Below, in pieces: positions 1 through 10,685 of a DNA stretch of 64,000 bases (position 1 is its first letter; each line of letters begins with the position of its first letter). The DNA is from Macrostomum lignano. Taxonomy: Eukaryota. The stretch is from the NCBI GenBank assembly GCA_002269645.1, contig NIVC01001864.1:146103-210102 (forward strand), in the 5' to 3' direction. The notes under the pieces are model-generated. The model was not told the origin of the DNA. It saw only the letters and a program-made list of their open reading frames with translations, and did no database searches. Position numbers and translations under genes: made by a program.

Positions 1-130
1 TACTTTAAAATTACGTGACTAATAATAAACTTGGATTAAATTTAAGAAAAAGCTCTCAAGTTCAATTGTAACTAACTTGTAACTAACTTGTAACTAACTC
101 GGAACCAACCTCGTAACTAACTCGAAAAAG

Positions 131-1456
131 CTAGTGATGTCCAGGCCAACGATCCGTGGAGCGTCCGTCACCGTCAGCGACGCCACAGAGGCGGCGTCCA
201 AGCGCGTCAAAAACTGCAGCACTGTCGGCTCGTCCACCGCCGGCAGCGTCGCCGCCGAACTCCAGCGAGAGGAGGGACGAGAACAGGCGGAGCATTCGCT
301 CGGCGCGCGACTCCAACTGGCGAATCTCTCCCACCACGACTGTCAGCTGGTCGAAGACCCGCCTGGCCACTTCAGCGGCTTGGCCGGCCTCAGCAAGGGC
401 GCGGTCGTCCACGCGGATGCCTGGGCCAGCCGGCGTCATGACAACCAGCGAGCAAGGCGACTCAAGACGCAGTTGGTGCCGGAGCCGTTCGGCGGCGGCG
501 GTAGCCTCGGCAGGTTGCACTCGTCGGCCAGATGTCCACGAAGGCCGCGCACCGTAGCGGCCAGACGCTGTCGGAACGCCGCTAGACTGCGAGACCGCGA
601 AGCCACCGCTGCAGCCTCCGCTTCGTCAACAACGTCCAGCACTCGACGGTTAAAGAAAATGACGATTACTCGAGCCGGCGAAAACCGATCAACAAGGCTG
701 TCCAAGAAGTTGAGCAGTCGGCTTAGGCCGCCGAAATCCGACGAGGTGTGCACGAGCAGGAACAGGTTGACTCTGCTGTGCGAGCTGCAAGGCGGAAACC
801 CCGGCCTCGGGTGCGGCGGATGCGGCGGCAGATGCGGCACGCGCGGCGGCGGCAGCGGCAGGAAAGCCTTCGCCAGCCGGTTGTCAACTGAATTGGACTC
901 GCTAGAGAATTCCGTTTTGTTAGCCGCGTGGCCGCTGTTGCTGAAGCTGCTCTGCTTGCCAGAGTCGGCGCTGACCACCGTGCGGCCGTTCACCTGAGTC
1001 AGCTTCTGGTTTCGCTGGGAGCTCTCGCCCGACTCGCTGGCTTTGAGCTCCTTGGCGCTGCGCTCGGCGATTTTTTTCTTGCCTAGCAACCGAGTCCAGC
1101 TGCTTCACGCCGCCCCGACCGTTGTCCTGGAAGCCGCGGTTCCACTCGACGCTCTTGGCCGATTTGCGCACGTGCTGCAGGGTGTCCTCGGTACGCGCTC
1201 TCCCTGCTCTCGGACTTGGACGACTGCACCACGCTGGAGAATGTGGCCGGGAAACCCGAGCCGACTGCCGACGACTGCTGACGCTGGCCCCAGTCGAAGT
1301 TGTCGAAGTTGAACGGCAGGCGGACTTGGCGCTGTCCGACAGGTCGGAGGCCGACTGCCAGAAAGAGAAGTCGGTGTCGGCAGTGGCCGCTGCAGCAAGA
1401 TACAGGGCCAGCATCAGTAGGTGGTGGCATGACAACTGAGGTAAGGCGACTGCCAT
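131..1456 (-). pseudogene. Secreted von Willebrand factor A (vWA)-like domain protein, about 441 aa, interrupted by four apparent 1-nt frameshifts (pseudogene or assembly indels)
   Basis: ATG at 1456 gives a signal-peptide-like MAVALPQLSCHHLLMLALYLAAAATA. The high-GC3 frame jumps at about 1319, 1197, 1090 and 521, linking track ORFs 920-1474, 1083-1523, 436-1089 and 131-520. The stitched C-terminal half follows vWA secondary-structure order: NLFLLVHTSS / LSRLLNFLDSLVDRF / ARVIVIFFN / ATAAAERLRHQL / SLVVMT / QLTVVVGEIRQLES. Confidence 0.6.
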
Positions 1457-1917
1457 TTCTGGGCAAATTTTCATTCAAATGTCTAGCAGCGTAATTGCGT
1501 GCAAGACTCTGTTTATTTGGCACGGTGGCTTAGCCAAACTTTTCTTTTGAATTCTGCCGAAAATGAGAGAGGGAGAGAGAGAGAGATTTTAGCTAATAGT
1601 AGGATTGGACTGGGGCTTTGTTAATTCTGCATGTACACAACATCCCCAAGGGGTTAGAAAGTTAGGGGTAGATTGGTCTAACTGCTCAGTGGTTGCTTCG
1701 CTCTGATTGGCTGGGGCAGAGGAGGGATAGAAAAACGTCGCGCGTATATTTATCAGTTTGATTCTGATTAGAGTGGGTTGGTTGGCCAAGTTAGTTTGAG
1801 AGTTAACGCCAGTCACAAAAACATTAATGTACTTTTCTAGCTCGCATTTTGTTATTTTTATCATTGAAATGGGAGGAAAGTTCCTGTCAATGTTTTCTTT
1901 ACTATTCAGCTACAACC

Positions 1918-2350
1918 ACAGATACTAAAATAACTGGATGGGCCACTCAGGCATGTATACTTAGTAAACAGCTTTCTACTTTCAGTTCAGTAGCAAAGAA
2001 GAATACATAAGCTATTCTATAAAAAAGCAGCTGAAATGACTTTGATAAGTTTAGAAGCCCAAGCTTGCAGACGTAAACAACCAGCTAATTGGTTCAGCAA
2101 TAATGTACATTAGCCAGTCCACTGAAATGTACATGGCAGTTTTAGGCTGCAATTCCGAGAAAGGCAATAAAAATTAGGGCGTGGCGGGGGGTAGTGTGGA
2201 AAGGCGCGGTTGGAGGATTTAAGCTGGGGGAGGGGTTAGAAACAATAAATGAGCCTTGGCTTTAAAAATACACCAAAATGCTACTGTTTAACTTACTACT
2301 GAACTGAAAGTAGTTTGCACGCAAACCCATCTAGTTATTCTAGTATCTGT
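1918..2350. mobile_element. MITE-like non-autonomous DNA transposon, about 430 bp
   Basis: 25-bp terminal inverted repeats at 1918-1942 and 2326-2350 (23/25 identical). Perfect inner 18-bp inverted repeat at 1976-1993 and 2296-2313. No ORF. Target-site duplication is ambiguous. Confidence 0.6.
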
Positions 2351-2541
2351 ACCTACCTACAACCAAGGGGTTCGATTAGCATTTTCAATTCAATTTCAAT
2401 AGTAGCTTAACAAAACATCGTGCAAGTCTGTATGTATTGACGTATTCATGAACAAAATTATGTACGAATTGAATAGTTTTATTGTATTAATTATTCACAA
2501 ACAGCTGGGTAAACTGCATTGAACAAACCCAGCTCTTTAAT

Positions 2542-2739
2542 TTAAAGCTCCTTATTAATTATGCAGTTCCCAATGTACCGGCCAAATAGTTTTGGCCAGT
2601 CGCAGACCAGACCGGGGCAGCATTCGTGATCAAAGTAGCACGCCGTGTCAACAGTCTGGCAGGACTTCGCCTTCAAACTGCAGGTGTCTCCGGTGTTGAG
2701 CAGACTGACAGCTGTTAAAATAACTGTCAGAAGCTGCAT
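2542..2739 (-). CDS. Secreted inhibitor cystine knot (knottin, toxin-like) peptide precursor, 65 aa
   Basis: MQLLTVILTAVSLLNTGDTCSLKAKSCQTVDTACYFDHECCPGLVCDWPKLFGRYIGNCIINKEL*: hydrophobic signal peptide, then C-x6-C-x5-CC-x4-C-x12-C. ATTAAA directly after the stop and AATAAA at 2478-2483 on the minus strand. Confidence 0.8.
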   Translation of the reverse strand: MQLLTVILTAVSLLNTGDTCSLKAKSCQTVDTACYFDHECCPGLVCDWPKLFGRYIGNCIINKEL

Positions 2740-2751
2740 TGCCAGCCAAGT

Positions 2752-4808
2752 TGAAGTGGAGTGGAGTACACTGTCTGAAGTGGATGAGTACACTGTCTGA
2801 AGTGGATGAGTACACTGACTGGATGAGTACACTGTCTGAAGTGGATGAGTACACTGTCTGAAGTGGATGAGTACACTGACTGGATGAGTACACTGACTGA
2901 AGTGGAGTACACTGACTGAAGTGGATGAGTACATTGTCTGAAGTGGATGAGTACACTGACTGAAGTGGATGAGTACACTGTCTGAAGTGGATGAGTACAC
3001 TGACTGGATGAGTACACTGACTGAAGTGGATGAGTACACTGCTGAAGTGGATGAGTACATGTCTGAAGTGGATGAGTACACTGACTGAAGTGGATGAGTA
3101 CACTGACTGAAGTGGATGAGTACACTGTCTGAAGTGGATGAGTACACTGACTGGATGAGTACACTGTCTGAAGTGGATGAGTACACTGTCTGAAGTGGAT
3201 GAGTACACTGACTGGATGAGTACACTGACTGAAGTGGATGAGTACACTGACTGAAGTGGATGAGTACATTGTCTGAAGTGGATGAGTACACTGACTGAAG
3301 TGGATGAGTACACTGACTGAAGTGGATGAGTACACTGTCTGAAGTGGATGAGTACACTGACTGGATGAGTACACTGTCTGAAGTGGATGAGTACACTGTC
3401 TGAAGTGGATGAGTACACTGACTGGATGAGTACACTGACTGAAGTGGATGAGTACACTGACTGAAGTGGATGAGTACATGTCTGAAGTGGATGAGTACAC
3501 TGACTGAAGTGGATGAGTACACTGTCTGAAGTGGATGAGTACACTGACTGGATGAGTACACTGACTGAAGTGGATGAGTACACTGACTGAAGTGGATGAG
3601 TACATGTCTGAAGTGGATGAGTACACTGACTGAAGTGGATGAGTACACTGTCTGAAGTGGATGAGTACACTGACTGGATGAGTACACTGACTGAAGTGGA
3701 TGAGTACACTGACTGAAGTGGATAGTACACTGTCTGAAGTGGATGAGTACACTGTCTGAAGTAGATGAGTACACTGACTGGATGAGTACACTGACTGAAG
3801 TGGATGAGTACACTGACTGATGAGTACACTGACTGGATGAGTACACTGTCTGAAGTGGATGAGTACACTGACTGAAGTGGATGAGTACACTGACTGAAGT
3901 GGATGAGTACACTGACTGAAGTGGATGAGTACACTGACTGAAGTGGATGAGTACACTGCTGAAGTGGATGAGTACACTGACTGAAGTGGATGAGTACACT
4001 GACTGAAGTGGATGAGTACACTGACTGGATGAGTACACTGACTGAAGTGGATGAGTACACTGACTGAAGTGGATGAGTACACTGACTGAAGTGGATGAGT
4101 ACACTGACTGAAGTGGATGAGTACACTGGCTGAAGTGGATGAGTACACTGACTGAAGTGGATGAGTACACTGACTGAAGTGGATGAGTACACTGACTGGA
4201 TGAGTACACTGACTGAAGTGGATGAGTACACTGACTGAAGTGGATGAGTACACTGACTGAAGTGGATGAGTACACTGACTGAAGTGGATGAGTACACTGA
4301 CTGAAGTGGATGAGTACACTGACTGAAGTGGATGAGTACACTGACTGAAGTGGATGAGTACACTGACTGAAGTGGATGAGTACACTGACTGGATGAGTAC
4401 ACTGACTGAAGTGGATGAGTACACTGACTGAAGTGGATGAGTACACTGACTGAAGTGGATGAGTACCCTGACTGAAGTGGATGAGTAGACTGACTGAAGT
4501 GGATGAGTACACTGACTGAAGTGGATGAGTACACTGACTGGATGAGTACACTGACTGAAGTGGATGAGTACACTGACTGAAGTGGATGAGTACACTGACT
4601 GAAGTGGATGAGTACACTGACTGGATGAGTACACTGACTGAAGTGGATGAGTACACTGTCTGAAGTGGATGAGTACACTGTCTGAAGTGGATGAGTACAC
4701 TGACTGAAGTGGATGAGTACACTGACTGAAGTGGATGAGTACACTGACTGGATGAGTACACTGTCTGAAGTGGATGAGTACACTGACTGAAGTGGATGAG
4801 TACACTGA
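2752..4808. repeat. Minisatellite, 22-bp unit TGACTGAAGTGGATGAGTACAC with 17-bp variants, about 95-100 copies
   Basis: Directly visible tandem array. Confidence 0.97.
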
Positions 4809-4878
4809 AATGTGCATACGTACATGAGTATGAAACAAGTAGTAATTACGAGCTATGGAGAATTGAGCAATCAAGTGA

Positions 4879-4884
4879 TTTATA
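4879..4884 (-). promoter_or_regulatory. Candidate TATA box of the knottin gene
   Basis: TATAAA on the minus strand about 70 bp upstream of the array, followed by a GTATGC donor-like site at 4819-4814. Confidence 0.35.
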
Positions 4885-5633
4885 TCACTAAATTTGAATC
4901 AACAGCTAGGCTGCTGCAACTCACAAGCTTCTAACTCATTACAAGAATCAAGAAGCCTAGAGCTTTTCGGTACAACGGCAGCAAGGCTTTGCAACTCACA
5001 TTTATGCAGGCAGCTTTAGCAGTTGCACGCCTTAGCCTTCATCAATTGGAAAGGATTCTTGCGTGCAGAGAGCTAATCAAGAATTCAGGACCAGTTTAGC
5101 AGTTCAGGTATACCAGTGCGTAAGTATTGTAAAAAGAAACGAGTTGTCTTTGGAGACAAAAATAGCTTGAAATTTTGATGGTTTTATCGGTTTGTTTATC
5201 ACTCAGTTATTATACGGACAGAGTGCAATAGATATCTATGGAAGTACTTGATTTGGATTTGGATTGTCAAAAATATAGCCATGCATGAAGGAATAGATCT
5301 ACTTCTTCATCCATGAATATAGCTCAAATTACTCGAGTATAATTTCATTTGTCTATGGTCGCCAAGTATGCTCTCTGGTTAGAAGACAATCAAGTGGAGA
5401 ATTTCAAAGCAAATATTCTGGCCGCAGAACTTCATTTCTATGCACTTGGTGATGATTTTTAATGGAATTTCCACTTGCTTAACTTTTTTCAAGCTCAGAA
5501 CTAAGCTTTGCACATAGACAAATGAAGGTCGTTAAGGCAATTTTTTCCCGATTATATTTTCCCGATCGGCTGCTTTTAAAGCAACTTCTACCTATTGTAT
5601 TTTCAAGGCTAAATGTAGTCGAATTGAATTAAA

Positions 5634-5910
5634 GGGGTTGTAGCCTAGTGGTTAGAGCGTCGGACTCACGACGTGAAGGTCGGGGGTTCGATTCTCGACC
5701 CACTAGGAACAATTTGTGTCCTTGAGCAAGACACTTAACTCTGCATTGCTTCAGTTCACCCAGCTGTAAAATGGGTGCCAGCATTAACTGGGGTAATTGA
5801 GGGTGTGTGGCGACCCCCCAGTCCTTGGACTGAACAGCCGTACGCAGCCTTCAGATGCGCCGCGCAATAGCACATCTGCCCATTAGGGCAGGTGTAATCT
5901 ACTAGTAGTA
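5634..5910 (+). mobile_element. tRNA-derived CORE-type SINE, apparently full-length copy
   Basis: Pol III A box (TAGCCTAGTGG) and B box (GGTTCGATTC), a MIR/CORE-like block at 5715-5775 (TGTGTCCTTGAGCAAGACACTTAAC...CTGTAAAATGGG) and a short (TAG)n tail. Two more copies occur in the window. Confidence 0.85.
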
Positions 5911-7145
5911 GGAAAAGCACACGATGGATAAATTTAGCTGAATATCTAGTGACAGTAATAGTTCATTCTGCGATAGCATCAAATTAGCTTGCTTGACTCG
6001 CATAAACTACTTACACTAGTTTGTCATAAAACTGAAGATCTTCCCTAGCAGAGACGGACCTGATGAGCGGTCATTGGCTCGGCCGAACGTGCCGTTGCTG
6101 CGGCAGGCCAGCGGGGATTGGCAAAGCCAGCAATTTCCCGACTGCATATATACATTCCAAACAGACGGAAATTGGAAGAAGCTCGCCGGAAAATAACCAC
6201 TGAAGCCGTCAATTTGTAAGAAAACCAAACTTCAACCTGCACAGGTTCCTACGTGAGTTTCTTCTAGCAGCAAAACTTTTTCTTTCGAATCTTTCGTAGT
6301 TGTACGGCAGAAAATTATACACATTTGGGAGCCCATGCAGTTTCCCGGAAGCCCAAGCAAGCGGTTTCATTTCTGTCTCCTAGAAGAAGACAGCTGTGCG
6401 GCAGGCGAGGAATCTGGCTGCGCCACGGGGCCTGGAATTCCTGCTGAATTGTAAATTGGCTGGCCTGGCTTGCCGGACTCCGTCAGGCTCCCTCGAGGAG
6501 AGCCGCTTGCATCCAACTGGATCCGGGCATCGGGACTGAGTCAAAGAAGAAAACAGAGGCCGCCAGCAGCAAAGAAAACTTGGGCAGAAAAGGTTCCATC
6601 AGGACCCCGGGGGAAGCCATCGATTTGGCCGACAGCTCTGCATCCAGGGCGGCTGAGAGCAGAGCTGCAAATATTAGCTCAACTCAACGCCGCGGCCCAG
6701 TTCTCATCTCTTGGCTTGTCAAACTTGAGCAGTCTTCGCCCCTCCCCGCCTCCTGACATTCAATCAATTCCAAGTGCACATCGAGAAAGAGAGAGCCACA
6801 GTTTCCTTTCCAAATATTTCTGCCAAGTTTTTCTATCCTGTTTGAATTGCTTTAATTACAGCAGCATTCTCAAATGAACTGCCTTGCTTGCTAGCTCCCT
6901 CCCTACTCTGTGAGCTCAGAGCAGCCAATGTCAGTTTCGAATCTTTCTCGTTAGGCAATATTCGATCGCTTCTCTATGAGGTCTCGAGATGCGTGAACAC
7001 ACCGATTCTCTGCCTTGCCCCACTTATTTCTCTTGTTTGATCAAACTGTCTTATTTCTTTTTCTCTATCGTCTTGCCTCTCGCCTCCTGCTTCCTTTTCT
7101 CCCTCTTCCACTCCCGTCTCCCCTCCACTTGCTCCCGCTCTGACA

Positions 7146-7840
7146 ATCTCCCTCTCCGCCCCCATCTCCCTCTCAGCCTACTCCTCTCCCTCTCTCCGCC
7201 CCCATCTCCCTCTCAGCCTACTCCTCTCCCTCTGCGCCCCCATCTCCCTCTCAGCCTACTCGTCTCCCTCTCCGCCCGCATCTCCCTCTCAGCCTATTCC
7301 TCTCCCTCTCAGCCTATTCCTCTCCCTCTGCGCCCCATCTCCCTCTCAGTCTACTCCTCTCCCTCTGCGCCCCCATCTTCCTCTCAGTCTACTCCTCTCC
7401 CTCTCAGCCTACTCCTCTCCCTCTCCGCCCCCATCTCCCTCTCAGCCTACTCCTCTCCCTCTCCGCCCCCATCTCCCTCTCGGCCTACTCCTCTCCCTCT
7501 CCGCCCCCATCTCCCTCTCAGTCTACTCCTCTCCCTCTCCGCCCCCATCTCCCTCTCAGTCTACTCCTCTCCCTCTCCGCCCCCATCTCCCTCTCAGCCT
7601 ACTCCTCTCCCTCTCCGCCCCCATCTCCCTCTCGGCCTACTCCTCTCCCTCTCCGCCCCCATCTCCCTCTCAGTCTACTCCTCTCCCTCTCCGCCCCCAT
7701 CTCCCTCTCAGCCTACTCCTCTCCCTCTCTGCCCCCATCTCCCTCTCAGCCTACTCCTCTCCCTCTCTGCCCCCATCTCCCTCTCAGCCTACTCCTCTCC
7801 CTCTCTGCCCCCATCTCCCTCTCCGCCCCTTCTCCCTCTC
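7146..7840. repeat. CT-rich minisatellite, about 37-bp unit
   Basis: CCCATCTCCCTCTCAGCCTACTCCTCTCCCTCTCCGC repeated. Confidence 0.93.
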
Positions 7841-8793
7841 TGCCTGCTCATCTCCTACTCCGCTCCCCATCTCCCACTCCGCCTACTCACTACTCATCTC
7901 CCCTCTTCCCAAATCCAACTTCCATATCCTTTCTCCCTTCCCTCTTCATCTCCGTTTTCTTCTTCCTTTCCTACTCCCCTTTGTGACTTTTCTCCTATTT
8001 GCTCTAAAAAGTGTCTCCGCCCCTGTCACCCGCGGCTTTATATACGAGTATTACATATTTATTTGTGTCCATATCTGACTGCTAGATCGGGTTCGACCAT
8101 CTGCCCGATTCAAATGTGCTAGAGAAGGGAATTAGAGCAGGAAATACCCCCCCCCGCGAAGCTCGAAATGAAATCGATTAAAAAGAATGGGAGAAAAGAG
8201 TTACATGATGTTAGCGGAGACGCCACAGCCGTCTTGGCGGTGTCCACTCTAGAGAAAAAAACTTAATCTTCTCCCTCAATTTCGAGCGCATCCGCAATGC
8301 GCTGGGCAGCTACGAGCCAAAAGTGCAGCGCCAGCGCCGAACTGAGAAACCCGGCCGGCTCCGCCCTTAGATAAGATTAATTTGAATTCCCTGGCGTCAT
8401 TTACTAGAATACTCTTTGTGGCTGCCATCAATATACGAGAATATATATAGTTACTGCTTCGTTTCTTTCTCCGACTGTGCCTTTCAATGCCAAATTTATT
8501 GATCTGCACTGCAAATCAAAGCCTTCCGACCGCTTTGAAAATCAGCGGCAACAGAAGAAGGTCCGGGGTTGACAGCTTTGACGATTGGCCGGAATGTTTG
8601 TTTACAGCATCCAGCCTTGCCGTCGTTGAACTTTAAAAAATGCAAATGTAGTGCTTAAGATGAATGTACTTTTACTACCCTGTAACTGCAAAAATAAATC
8701 GAGGCGCTTTAGAGAGGTTGCTATGGGGATTGAAACTAGGGAATGCATTAATGTAAGAGAGATGGTCGGTAAGAAGCTAGGCTAGGCTAAGAG

Positions 8794-9230
8794 GGGCAGC
8801 ATGGAGTGGCTTGGAATTGGAATGGGCAGCATGGAGTGACGTGGAATTGGAATGAGCAGCATGGAGTGACTTGGAATTGGAATGAGCTGCATGGAGTGGC
8901 TTGGAATTGGAATGAGCAGCATGGAGTGACTTGGAATTGGAATGGGCAGCATGGAGTGACTTGGAATTGGAATGGACAGCATGGAGTGACTTGGAATTGG
9001 AATGGGCAGCATGGAGTGACTTGGAATTGGAATGGACAGCATGGAGTGACTTGGAATTGGAATGGGTAGCATGGAGTGACTTGGAATTGGAATGGGTAGC
9101 ATGGAGTGACTTGGAATTGGAATGGGTAGCATGGAGTGACTTGGAATTGGAATGGGCAGCATGGAGTGACTTGGAATTGGAATGGGTAGCATGGAGTGAC
9201 TTGGAATTGGAATGGGTAGCATGGAGTGAC
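8794..9230. repeat. 30-bp minisatellite, about 14.5 copies
   Basis: GCAGCATGGAGTGACTTGGAATTGGAATGG repeated. Confidence 0.96.
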
Positions 9231-9909
9231 CCGTGATTGGAATTATGTTGAGTTGACGCCCTGACGGGTTTCAGGGAGAGAGGTGTTTAAGGCATGGCAG
9301 TGGTGAGATGCGTCTCGGAGGTACTCATCGTTGGGGTGCGCTTGAATCAGTTTCCGCAAGCCAACTGAGTCGAACCAAGTCCGGTAGTGGAGTCAACAGT
9401 CAACTTTTAAATCATTATTATCTTCCTGAGAATGGTTCTCTTTAAAGAAATTCATTCCATCATTCCAGTCTGCCTGTCATGAGCTGCATCATGAGCTGAA
9501 TCATGACGAAGCAGTATTTCCGAGTGCTCCCGTGCTGCTCAATTCCGCTCGTCGCTGATCAGGAAATTTGATTCAATATTTCTCTCTTTCCAAGCGGCTG
9601 AGAACACTCTTCTCCGTATATTTGATTAGCCTAATGTATCTGGGCTACGAGTATATGGCGTCCCTGCAGTCAGTCGAAACCAGTTTAACATGTCGAGGCA
9701 CAATTTGAGTACTGCCTGCTTTTTCCAAGATTTAAGAAGGATTCCCTGAGATTGAACTGGTTTCAGACTAAATTCTGGTTGCATGCCGTTCTGCTTGTGC
9801 CGCAACTCGTTGCCTTCTATTCAGGTCAGGATACAAATCTGAGATCGGAGCTGCAAAGAGGCTCCATCACTGGAAATCCGATTAGAATGGAAGGAAACAA
9901 CCCATCCTG

Positions 9910-10558
9910 ACAGACGTACAGAATCCACAAACAGACGCACAGAATCCATAAACAGACGCACAGAATCCATAAACAGACGCACAGAATCCACAAACAGACG
10001 CACAGAATTCCACAAACAGACGCACAGAATCCATAAACAGACGCACAGAATCCACAAACAGACGCACAGAATCCCACAAACAGACGCACAGAATCCACAA
10101 ACAGACGCACAGAATCCACAAACAGACGCACAGAATCCACAAACAGACGCACAGAATCCCAGAAACAGACGCACAGAATCCCACAAACAGACGCACAGAA
10201 TCCCACAAACAGACGCACAGAATCCACAAACAGACGCACAGAATCCACAAACAGACGCACAGAATCCACAAACAGACGCACAGAATCCACAAACAGACGC
10301 ACAGAATCCACAAACAGACGCACAGAATCCACAAACAGACGCACAGAATCCACAAACAGACGCACAGAATTCCACAAACAGACGCACAGAATTCCATAAA
10401 CAGACGCACAGAATCCACAAACAGACGCACAGAATCCACAAACAAACGCACAGAATCCACAAACAGACGCACAGAATCCACAAACAGACGCACAGAATCC
10501 ACAAACAGACGCACAGAATCCATAAACAGGCGCACAGAATCCACAAACAGACGCACAG
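9910..10558. repeat. 21-22-bp minisatellite
   Basis: CAGACGCACAGAATCCACAAA repeated. Confidence 0.96.
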
Positions 10559-10685
10559 GACTCTAAAATTTAAAGAGAGAGTAAAATTTATCAATAACAA
10601 CAACCCGAACTTTCAGATTTTTGCTCATCAGTCCAAACTCCAAACCAACGAGTTTCTGAGCCTCTCGGTGGTTGCAGCACGAAGA

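Noticed and set aside
2542-4874. Three overlapping ORFs of more than 700 aa
   Set aside because: Translations of a stop-free minisatellite; only the final 65 codons have protein-like complexity.
5634-5705. tRNA gene (also at 12011 and 51711)
   Set aside because: A and B boxes are present, but the anticodon and acceptor stems do not pair and each head continues into the same SINE body.
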